Part shown: positions 24,134 through 32,995 of the stretch, piece by piece
How positions within the stretch are numbered: position 1 is the stretch's first letter
Layout of the letters: every line of letters starts with the position of its first letter
DNA from: Saccostrea echinata
Lineage: Eukaryota
DNA length: 64,000 nucleotides
NCBI RefSeq assembly: GCF_033153115.1
Contig: NW_026889754.1
Location: forward strand, 4,960,001-5,024,000
Direction of reading: 5' to 3'
Program-made: the position numbers and the translations under genes
Notes under the pieces: generated by a model
Database searches by the model: none
Seen by the model: the letters and a program-made list of their open reading frames with translations, nothing else
What the model was told of the DNA's origin: nothing

Positions 24134-24604
24134 ATGGAATGTTTAAGCTCAGAGTATCGTTGGAAAATGCAAGAGCATACAGGTTCCACTAAAAAAGGAG
24201 AATGGATGAAAAACAAAGAGGAATGCATCCAAGATTTCATGGATAAGAATCCTGGAGAAACAGGACTCAATGATGTGTACCTGTATAAGAGATTCAAATT
24301 ACCGGACCATGAATGTGCACAACTCATAGTATTATTATTAGGGTCATGGGAACCCCAGTATCAGGAATTCAAATGGAAAGTAAAATACGTCTTGGCTCAC
24401 AAAACAGAGGCACCAGCAAGGACCTGGATTCAAGGAAAATGGATGGAAGAAGTCCGAGATTGTATCAAAGATTATGTAAAGAAAGTGCTCAGAGAAGGAT
24501 ACGACATCATGGACTGTGCTTGTGAAACAGAATATTTGTACATGAGGCGAACTTTTCCTATTCAAAAAGAACTATGCCAAAGTATTCCATGTTTGTTATT
24601 TTAA
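24134..24604 (+). CDS. Accessory protein A (unknown; internal two-fold repeat; paralog of 25997-26485)
   Basis: Intact 156-aa ORF with upstream TATA (24072) and downstream AATAAA; alignable to ORF 25997. Confidence 0.75.
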   Translation: MECLSSEYRWKMQEHTGSTKKGEWMKNKEECIQDFMDKNPGETGLNDVYLYKRFKLPDHECAQLIVLLLGSWEPQYQEFKWKVKYVLAHKTEAPARTWIQGKWMEEVRDCIKDYVKKVLREGYDIMDCACETEYLYMRRTFPIQKELCQSIPCLLF

Positions 24605-24660
24605 TGTTATTATTGTTGTGAATTAAACCTAAGAAAAAAAAAATAAATTCTGGTGTTGTT

Positions 24661-24705
24661 GGTTTTTCCGCATGGACTAAAAATAGATATCCCAAGGTAT
24701 ATAAA
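24661..24705 (+). promoter_or_regulatory. Promoter module copy 1: GGTTTTTCC-N7-CTAAAAATAG-TATA
   Basis: Same motifs and spacing as at 25383, 25881 and 30564. Confidence 0.65.
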
Positions 24706-24743
24706 TCTTAGCTTTGAGTTCACTGTGCTCATTTTTTTCAATC

Positions 24744-25189
24744 ATGCCTTCTGTGTGGAGAATGTCGTATTTTCTTCACCAAGAAAATAGTTCCTGTCCT
24801 CATTGCTATAGGCAGTTGAGAGAGATCAGCAGATTACCTGAGTATGACAGTGACGATGACCTTATTGGTTGGTATTGGGGATGTAATGAATGTGGAGAAC
24901 GTATACCTCACTGGGAAGTAGACGATCCCCCTAGTTTGTGGTATTGTCGCTGTGATTGGTGCCTGAAATATTACCTGTGGAAATATGGGGTTGATTTTAT
25001 GATGCCACGTTGGGCTAAGCGCATGAGAAGAAATACCAAGATCGAGAGATGCCCCTCCTGCTGGGAAGAAAACACCCAAGGAAAATGGAAATGTCAACAG
25101 TGTATGAAATATCCCTGCTGTGAAAAGTGTTACAGTCCATTATACGGCTTTCTTACAGAAATTGTCCCTTGTGTCGATTTGAACAATAA
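24744..25189 (+). pseudogene. Accessory protein B: Cys-rich RING-like protein; a frameshift hides the terminal CPLCR
   Basis: CPSC..CQQC..CCEKC, then an alternate frame reads SYRNCPLCRFEQ* (stop at 25187-25189), matching paralog 25473. Confidence 0.72.
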
Positions 25190-25249
25190 TAATAAAACTA
25201 TAAACAAAAACAAAAAACCAGGTCTTATTTTCTCAGCTGAATACATGTG

Positions 25250-25432
25250 ATGACGTCACAATAGGCAGCTTGACGGACTGGAATCGGTGCCAAGTCTATG
25301 CCTAGGTAAAAACCTGGTTTTTCCCCCAGGTAGGGGGTTGAGTGCTGAGAGCGTGCAGTTAAGAAGGTGCTGAGCGCGTGCAGGTTTTTCCAAAGCGACT
25401 ATAAATAGTCAGATCCAAAGGTATTTATAGCT
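25250..25432 (+). promoter_or_regulatory. Internal regulatory region: inverted copy of the pPolB-upstream motifs plus promoter module copy 2
   Basis: TGACGTCA at ~25251; GTGCTGAGMGCGTGCA at 25342 and 25367; GGTTTTTCC at 25316 and 25383; CTATAAATAG at 25399. Confidence 0.65.
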
Positions 25433-25472
25433 GACCTTTTTGAAGAAAAAAAAAAGTCTACCACATTTCATC

Positions 25473-25862
25473 ATGATTTTTATGTCGAGACTGGCGTATT
25501 TGTTTGAGGTAGAAAAGTATTACTGTCATTACTGTGATAGGGAGATGATCCATGAGCGTACATTTACGGTGTATGATTATCCCGGATGGCATCCCCCTTC
25601 TATGGAGACCTGTGGATGTAGCTGGTGCGTTAAATTTTTCACATGGAAGTACGGGGCAGAGAATATGGTGCCCCTATGGGTCAAAGTGACCAGGAAGAGA
25701 GCCTTAAAGAAATGCCTGACCTGCTGGGAGGAAAATACGGAGGGGAGATGGAAGTGCCAACAATGCCGACAGTATCCATGCTGTGTGAAATGTGTCGAGA
25801 ACTTCGTCAAGACTTGCTACAGACTTTGTCCATTATGTAGATATGAAGGAAATAAATCATAA
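25473..25862 (+). CDS. Accessory protein B': Cys-rich RING-like protein, intact
   Basis: CHYC..CGCSWC N-terminal Zn cluster; CLTC-x9-CQQC-x4-CCVKC-x11-CPLCR. Confidence 0.75.
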   Translation: MIFMSRLAYLFEVEKYYCHYCDREMIHERTFTVYDYPGWHPPSMETCGCSWCVKFFTWKYGAENMVPLWVKVTRKRALKKCLTCWEENTEGRWKCQQCRQYPCCVKCVENFVKTCYRLCPLCRYEGNKS

Positions 25863-25880
25863 AATCAAAAAACTGTTGTT

Positions 25881-25930
25881 GGTTTTTCCTGAGATGCTAA
25901 AAATAGATTTGATAAAAAGGTTATATAAAG
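25881..25930 (+). promoter_or_regulatory. Promoter module copy 3
   Basis: GGTTTTTCC at 25881, CTAAAAATAG at 25897, TATATAAA at 25922. Confidence 0.65.
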
Positions 25931-25996
25931 AGGTATGACCAAAAAAAATCATTCATTCTGAAAAAGTTCAGTGTCCAAGTCAGACGTGTTTTAAAG

Positions 25997-26485
25997 ATGC
26001 AGTATCGTTGGTATTGTGAGAGCCCCCTCACTCAGTTTATTTACATGCAAGGAGGGTGGATGAAAACTAAAGTAGGAGCGATCCTGGATTTCTTTGAAAA
26101 TCATCCAGGACATTCCCTGGAAAACGTGTGGCTGGAAAAAAGAGTCAAAATCCCGCATCCTAAAGGAACTAGAGTGACGGTGAAATTCAACCAGCATTAC
26201 GAGCAATATAAATGGGTCAGCTGTACTCATCCTATGAATCGTTCGACACCGATGACCCTGGTTCTGAACGAAAGTCTCTGGTACTCCGACATAGAAGAGT
26301 GTGTGATACATTTTTTCAAGATGGAGAAAAAAGAACTGACATTTCCAGATTATTACGACGTTAAACAGTACGTGTATTGTCGCATCCCCTTTTCCCAGAT
26401 CAAAGACAATATGGAAAAGGAAGGACCTGGTGTTTTGAACAGAGTGATTGATTACAGATCAGAAGAAGAAGAAGAAAAAGTGTAA
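25997..26485 (+). CDS. Accessory protein A' (unknown; paralog of 24134-24604)
   Basis: YRW..G.WMK.K..I.DF..PG..V.L.KR.K.P..KW shared with ORF 24134; downstream AATAAA. Confidence 0.75.
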   Translation: MQYRWYCESPLTQFIYMQGGWMKTKVGAILDFFENHPGHSLENVWLEKRVKIPHPKGTRVTVKFNQHYEQYKWVSCTHPMNRSTPMTLVLNESLWYSDIEECVIHFFKMEKKELTFPDYYDVKQYVYCRIPFSQIKDNMEKEGPGVLNRVIDYRSEEEEEKV

Positions 26486-26590
26486 AAAAAAAAAAAAAAA
26501 ATTAAAATAAATTTTAAAAAAAACAAACCCAAAAAGTGTTGTTATAAATAGAAGGGTCATAAGTTATTTTGTCTCAGTATCTCACTGAAC

Positions 26591-27581
26591 ATGGCCGAGA
26601 GCAGTGGTTTTTACATGACTTTACCCCAGTGATGGGTCCATGCAATCTTTTCCGAGTAATACGACTGCTCAATTTAAAACCTTAATACCACAAACAGTAG
26701 ATTTAACAGATGGCCAATGGGAAGTGGTTTTAACAGAATTGATGTATCCCATATCATTGAAAAACATCACAGAAGAGGAAGCTTATTTTGACATCCTGCT
26801 TCCTCAGTTTTATGCTCCAAAAGTCCAAGAACCTAATGTGTTTAAATGGGACAGATTTAAAATGAAAACCATAGATGCGATGCCATTAAGCCAATGTCCT
26901 GTACTGTTAGATTGGGCCCATACTGAATTTGCTAATCTCATAAGGACAGACCAGAAGATGGAAATTAGGCGAATTCACTTTAGACCGGGGCCTTACATTC
27001 ATCCCATGGCTTTAACAAGTGAAATCAGTCTTGGACTGGGAAGAAGTTTGAATAAATTATGGAAGTTTTTGGGTGATCCTAAAAAAGAGAATGCCATGAA
27101 ATTAACATATCATGACAAATATGATAAAGTGATGTATCAGTTTATGGGGAGAGAACTTAGAAAATATCCCCTTTGCATTCGTTTTCCCACAGCCTTAGCT
27201 TATAAGTTAGGAATAGAAAGTAAGAAGTTGATGCTTCAGAACGATACAGAAAACATGACCAAATGGATTAACGTTAGTTACATGGGCAACAATACCGTAG
27301 ATTTATATGAAAATCTGAAATCCATGTACGTGTATTGTGACTTGATTGAACCCCAGACGGTAGGATCCAATGCCTTGAAATTATTAAGAGTGGTTCCTTG
27401 TACACTCAATCTGGAAGATAAAAAACAAGCTAAATGGGAACCCGTTAGAGCGGAATATTTGAAACTGAGTAAAAAACATTTCGATAGCATTGAGATTCAT
27501 ATCATGACTCCTTTAGGGACTCCCATGCCTTTTTTAAATGGAAAATCGGTCGTGAAACTTCATTTCAGAAAAGTGTACTGA
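26591..27581 (+). pseudogene. Minor capsid protein (penton, single jelly-roll); +1 frameshift near the start
   Basis: MAESSGFYMTLP/SDGSMQSFPSNT..F..WEVVLTE..YP ... MYVYCDLIEPQTVG....LLRVV...IEI.I...G...LHFRK; an extra C at ~26625. Confidence 0.85.
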
Positions 27582-27582
27582 G

Positions 27583-27663
27583 ATGAGTGTACATCTTTTT
27601 TGTTACATCCTATTGGGAGTGATAACTTGTCTGATATGCTGTCTGTATTGTATTCAACCTTAA
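27583..27663 (+). CDS. 26-aa hydrophobic Cys-rich micropeptide
   Basis: MSVHLFCYILLGVITCLICCLYCIQP*; starts 1 nt after the penton stop and fills the gap to the next TATA. Confidence 0.4.
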   Translation: MSVHLFCYILLGVITCLICCLYCIQP

Positions 27664-27728
27664 GACAGGAGGGTATAAAAAGGAGTCACTTGAGTGCATT
27701 TAGGTCAGTCTGACACGAGTCATGAAAC

Positions 27729-28503
27729 ATGCAGTATCATCCCGGATTATTGAGACAAAGAGGACACGGACAGTTTGTCTATCATAGAGGTTTATTACGT
27801 CAAAAAGGACGGTTGGAGCCCTTCCCTTTGATTCTACCGGACTACCACCCTGGTTTAATCCATTCAATTTAAAGAAATTTGGTAGGTTTGTGGATCGAAT
27901 TAAATCTCAAAGAGGAGGAAATTTTTTAGACTTCCTTTCGGGAATGGTACCGAACTTACCTATAGGGATGACTTTAAAAGAAGCTGTCCAATTAGGCTCA
28001 GGCCGGCGACAAAGAGGTCGAGGATTTCTTAAAGACCTAGTCAAAATGGGTCGTAATCAAGCCTTGATTGCCGGAGCTAAAGTAGGAGCAGATGTGATTA
28101 AAAAAAGGAAAAATATCAAAAATGCTCTTTTAACTCATGGACTCAATGCCGTTAAAAATACAGGCTTATTTGCTCTCGATAGAGGAGGAGGTTTAGCTTT
28201 TAAAAAGATGAATAAGAAAGGTCAAAAAGGTAAAGGGAGAAGAAAAAGAAGAAGAGGGCAGAGAGGTAGAGGAGTTTTGAGAAATTTACTGAAAACGGGA
28301 GCTAAACATGCCTTGACTGCTGCTGCTAGAACGGGTTAGATGTGTTAGAAAATAAGAGATCTTTAAAAGACGCTGTCAAAACTCACGGAGTACAAGCCCT
28401 CAAACAAAGATTGAATCTAGGTAAGAAAAGAAGAAAAAAGACACCTGTGTTAGCCCGAGGATGTCCTAAGAAGAGAAAAAGGGGTTTAGATATCTTTGAT
28501 TGA
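27729..28503 (+). pseudogene. Basic core-like protein with repeated QxGxG motifs and an internal duplication; frameshifted
   Basis: QRGHG, QRGGN, QLGSG, QRGRG, QKGKG, QRGRG; continues in another frame to ...KRGLDIFD*; TATA at 27675 and TCAGT Inr. Confidence 0.7.
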
Positions 28504-28575
28504 GACACTATAAATAGGGGAGTCGAGTGAGATTGACCTTCATTTGTGAAAAATCAATCCTAGTAGACAGACATC

Positions 28576-29991
28576 ATGTTGCAACCAGATTCCTGTGCGT
28601 GTGGGATGAACAATTTACAATTGTTCCAAGTCCCCCCGACTAATATTGCTTTAGAAGACTCCAAATGGGAAGAATATTACCCCATTTCTAGTACTTTAGA
28701 TTCGGATACGGCTCCCATTGAATTTGAAATTAAAGGACAAGGAGATCAATATCTGGATTTATCTCAAACGTATGTTCAAATGGTGTGTAAATTTACCAAA
28801 GATGATGGTACTAATCTGACTGGGGCTGGCACTACTTGCGCCCCGGTGAATAATATCTTACATTCCTTGTTTACGGAAATCGATCTCAATGTCAATGGAA
28901 AAATAGTGACTCCAGGAACCGATACTTATCTTTACAAAGCTTATCTGGAGAAATTACTTTCTTACAAACCCAGAACTTTAATGACACAGATGAGAGCTTG
29001 TAGTCTGTGGGAAAAAGATACGGCAGGACACATGGACGAGGTGGGGGTAGCAGACCTTGGAGTGGCTCAAAATAAGACATTTAATGTAAAAAAGGGTGTA
29101 AGTGGTGATACTGTGGTCATTGACGAACCTATCGTCCCAGAGTTACCGGCCAATTCTAAAAACGAAGGATTTAGAAAACGTCACCAGGCCATAAATGATA
29201 GTAAGAAAATAGCCTTGTTTGATCGTTTACATCTGGATCTATTTCAACAAGACCGATTTCTACCCAATGGAGTAGACGTCCGTTTGAGATTTAATCGAGC
29301 TAAACCTCAGTTCTATATGATGATCAAAACGGGAAGTACGGGAAAAGTGAAAATATTGAACATGGTCTTGTGGGTGAGAAAAGTCAAACCCACGGCAGTC
29401 ATGATGAATGGCATTAATCAAAGTTTGAACACTCATAGAGCTAAATATCCATTGAGAAGAGTCGAAGTGAAAACCTTTACCATACTGACAGGAACTCAAT
29501 CTAAGATTACGGATCATCTGTTTCAAGGCCAGATGCCTAAACGTCTCATTTTAGGCTTTGTGGAAAATGCGGCTTTTAACGGAGATAAAACTAAAAATCC
29601 GTTTCATTTTCAAAACTTTGGGATTAAGAAATTAGATGTCAGTATCAACGGAGAGACCATGAGTACTCGTTGTTTTGAGCCCAATTTCAATGAAGATTTA
29701 TATCTGAGATCTTATCTGAGTCTGTATCAAGCCCTGGGAAAATTAGGAGAAGATTGGGCTCCGGACATCACCCTAGAAGAGTATAAAAACGGATACACTC
29801 TGTGGGGCTGGGATTTCACTAAAGATCAAGAAGCGCAATCGGATAAATTCCACATCATAGAAACCGGAAATCTGAGAGTAGAAGTCCAATTTACGAACAA
29901 TACGGTGAACACCTTAAATTGTGTGGTGTATGCAGAATTCGATAACCTATTAGAAATTAACAAACAGAGAGAAGTGAGTATTGATTACTAA
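28576..29991 (+). CDS. Major capsid protein (double jelly-roll, hexon-like), intact 471 aa
   Basis: [52 protein letters not shown]....NPFHFQ..GYTL...D.T.D..GNLRVE..F..CVVYAEF; located immediately before the protease. Confidence 0.93.
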   Translation: MLQPDSCACGMNNLQLFQVPPTNIALEDSKWEEYYPISSTLDSDTAPIEFEIKGQGDQYLDLSQTYVQMVCKFTKDDGTNLTGAGTTCAPVNNILHSLFTEIDLNVNGKIVTPGTDTYLYKAYLEKLLSYKPRTLMTQMRACSLWEKDTAGHMDEVGVADLGVAQNKTFNVKKGVSGDTVVIDEPIVPELPANSKNEGFRKRHQAINDSKKIALFDRLHLDLFQQDRFLPNGVDVRLRFNRAKPQFYMMIKTGSTGKVKILNMVLWVRKVKPTAVMMNGINQSLNTHRAKYPLRRVEVKTFTILTGTQSKITDHLFQGQMPKRLILGFVENAAFNGDKTKNPFHFQNFGIKKLDVSINGETMSTRCFEPNFNEDLYLRSYLSLYQALGKLGEDWAPDITLEEYKNGYTLWGWDFTKDQEAQSDKFHIIETGNLRVEVQFTNNTVNTLNCVVYAEFDNLLEINKQREVSIDY

Positions 29992-30494
29992 TGGATACGG
30001 GACAGTTGAGAGAAGTCTTATCCAGAGAATTAAAGAGTTCTTTTGGTGGAGTGTACCCTGTAGATATATTACCGGATCAATTAAGACCTGGAGAAAAAGC
30101 CATTGTGGTGAATACGGATCCTCAAGATCAACCTGGAGAACACTGGGTGTGTCTGTATGTGAGCAGTCCAGTGGTGGAATATTTTGACTCTTATGGATTT
30201 CCTCCCTTACAGAAAGAAATTCAAGACTTTATCCAGCGTCATGCTCACCAATGGATTTATAATCCGTATCGATATCAAGATTGGAAGACCGATGTGTGTG
30301 GACAATATTGTGTGTATTATTTACATCAAAGACACAAGATGAGAAAGAAAGCAGACGAGTGGTTATTCCCCTTTGACCATAGCACAGCTTTACAAAGAGA
30401 TCATTATGTAGCTCAATGGTTTAAAGACACTTATCATAAAAGACCTACGGGTCATGGACAGACTTGTCAATGTTTCTATCAAAATGTAATGTAA
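29991..30494 (+). CDS. Adenain-like (Ulp1 fold) maturation cysteine protease, intact
   Basis: VVNTDP..PGEHWV (His), YFDSYG (Asp), YQ......CGQYC (Gln/Cys); TAATG stop-start coupling to the capsid gene. Confidence 0.93.
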   Translation: MDTGQLREVLSRELKSSFGGVYPVDILPDQLRPGEKAIVVNTDPQDQPGEHWVCLYVSSPVVEYFDSYGFPPLQKEIQDFIQRHAHQWIYNPYRYQDWKTDVCGQYCVYYLHQRHKMRKKADEWLFPFDHSTALQRDHYVAQWFKDTYHKRPTGHGQTCQCFYQNVM

Positions 30495-30561
30495 TTAATT
30501 GTTGTTATCAATAAAGAATTGGGAAAAAAAATCTGTTCTTGTTGTTTTTTTTTTTAAAAAA

Positions 30562-30612
30562 GGGGTTTTCCCCATGATACTAAATATAGATAGAAAAAGG
30601 TATATATAAAAA
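30562..30612 (+). promoter_or_regulatory. Orphan promoter module copy 4 (downstream gene lost)
   Basis: GGGGTTTTCCCC at 30562, CTAAATATAG at 30580, TATATATAAA at 30601; no ORF follows. Confidence 0.6.
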
Positions 30613-31399
30613 AAATCGGTGGGCGGAGCGTGGATGCGTGAATTTCAGAGAGAGAGAGAGAGAGAGGTACTTTTATTGTATATCTTACACTCCCATATGT
30701 GGTCTGTGCTTCTTGAAGGGTCCGACACCTTATTTATATAAATGAAGTAAGCAAAGAGGGGTCCGAACCGCCCCTCCTCGCCTAGTCGTATAGTGGAATA
30801 TTCTACGGGCCTGCCGCCGAAATATGGTTAAAATATTACCGACTCGGCGTTAAACAATAAACAATTAATCAATCTTGACAATCTAACGGCCTGAATTACT
30901 GGTAAACGATAAACTCGGAACCTTTCTCAAGGTTTGGGTTACAGGTACTCGTTATTATGACGTCATTTACGTAAAATGACGTTGATTCTAACCGTTGCTG
31001 CATAATAGACGAGTGTACCTCATAAATTGAATTTATAATAGTATGAAAAAAAATACATTTGAAATGAAATAGTGTACAATATACATCTCATTGAGCATAT
31101 TCAATAGTAACAATTATGAATAACAACTCATTTATCTGAAAAATTTCATGGCGTCATCAGTGGTATGAATTTTACTACGTTTATCCATATATTTGCCTGA
31201 AATTTTCATGATATTCTACAAATAAGTCATGAAAAACTGTAATGTTATGCAATAAAAAGGTGCAAACGTTTAACAATTATTTACATTGAATAAAAGTAAA
31301 AGAAATACATGGTCACAATTCAGTTCAATAAAATCGGCCCCGTGGCACTCTACGCAACTGTGTGATCGGCCCAAAATCCGCCCTGTGGCACAGAAGTGG

Positions 31400-31680
31400 T
31401 TAATTTCACTCGGCAAATATTTGATCAATAGTTATGACGTCATGGGTTTGGTATTTAACCCCCGTGCTAAATAATTAGCTATTTATACCACCCCAAAACG
31501 ACAAGATTTAGTTTATATTATGTTTTGAATGATTCCATTCATTTCTTGGACCTGAAATTAAACTTTAAATATAGATATTAAGAAAACATTATTTCTAAGT
31601 TCACGTCATACAGCTTACTATGACGTCATATTGTAAAGGCAAGTAGGATATCTCTGGGTGTAGCCTTAACATACCCGCGT
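31400..31680 (-). repeat. Right arm of the inverted repeat pairing with 10625-10907
   Basis: Ends ...GGGTGTAGCCTTAACATACCCGCGT. Confidence 0.9.
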
Positions 31681-32995
31681 TGTGGAGGCAGCCAATGTAG
31701 ACATTGGTTTGTATATTTAATTTTAAAAGTAGTTATAGGCACATGCATATTCCAGGCCTATAGAAAGCTTTATCAGTTAGAGAGGAGAACAAATTAACTT
31801 TAATTAGGGGAGGGGGTATTTGTGATAACTATACAGTTTATCACATTTTCTAATAAACCATTTACATTTTTATATTAGCCTTCCCACTCTTCCTTCACTC
31901 ATAATCATCAGTCACAATTATTGCAATAAATTACTGAAACCGAGTTTCTCATATAGGATATACATTTTTTTCAAACCAGGTGAATTTACAGTTGTGAAGA
32001 AACAGAAATGGACTCTGAAGACACAGTGTATAATGGCGACTCAAGTTTCCTGAAGCTCATGTGCCCTGAGGCTTGTGAAACATGGGCAAATGAGGTACAA
32101 ATTCTAACAAGTCTTAATCACATTTGTTAAAACGTGTGTATGACTTTCTCGTGAAATATATTTCACACCATTTATAATTTTGCTTGTTATTTGCACACTA
32201 GGATACAATGAGTTCATTTAAGAAATGAATTCAACTTTTGAGAATTCATAAGGACATGAATAAGGAGGCTTCACACAATTTATTTCATGGAACGTCATTT
32301 GAGCAAATTTAATCTCTATACCTGAGGATGCTTCCATATCAATATGACTTATCAATGCTTGCTGTTTCAAAGAAGAAGATTCTTTAAGACTTTTTCCTAT
32401 ATATCCCTATGTAAGACTTTGATCGCCCTTTTTGACTCCATTCTACCCCAAAAAGGTAAATATTTGAGAAAAAAAAAATACGACATACACTATGTGATGA
32501 AAGTTTCTCATAAGTTTCTAAATATCTGGCCAAGTGGTTCTGGATTTTTAAAGATACCACTAATTTTCACGACACTGTTTTCCCTCTTGAAAAATGGTGT
32601 GGCCTGTCTATGAATGGATTTCTGTTACCCAGGGATGTTATGTAACATGTTTGGTTGAAATGGACCCAGTGGTTCTAGAGAGGAAGTCGAAAAGTGTACA
32701 GACAGACGTACACTTAACAAGTGTGACAACCTGAAATGAAGCTAAAAGGTGCAAATGAAAAAAAAAAAACAATAATTATTTATATACTAGATGATTACTT
32801 ATGTAATTTAAGATCCACCTGTGCCTAATATCACTGATATTGGTTTCAATAGATTATTTCTTCATTCTCTCTATGAAAGTATAAAAAAAAAATATAATTA
32901 CGTTTGAACATGAAAATATGCCTATTGTTTACAGACAGACGGATGGAGGACGGACACCTAACTATCGCATAAGCTCTTCGACAAGTAGAGCTAAA

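Larger units (their letters stand above)
14746..30615 (+). mobile_element. Polinton/Maverick (adintovirus-like endogenous virus), right end truncated
   Basis: Full hallmark set on one strand: pPolB, packaging ATPase, rve integrase, minor and major capsid proteins, adenain protease. Left terminus is AGTAGTATAAG at 14746; no matching right TIR was seen. Confidence 0.95.

Noticed and set aside
15904-30187. Short alternate-frame and antisense ORFs inside Polinton genes (e.g. 17000, 17233, 19605, 24313, 25577, 27278, 28892, 29260)
   Set aside because: Shadow ORFs without motifs, overlapping well-supported genes
13829-30666. (AG)n runs at 13829 and 30647 as Polinton ends
   Set aside because: Both are on the same strand, so not inverted; the first lies within an LTR
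10625-31680. 282-bp inverted arms as the Polinton TIRs
   Set aside because: They lack AG/AGT termini and a 6-bp TSD, and lie 4 kb outside the AGTAGT end with unrelated elements in between; they share termini with the separate 54856 element
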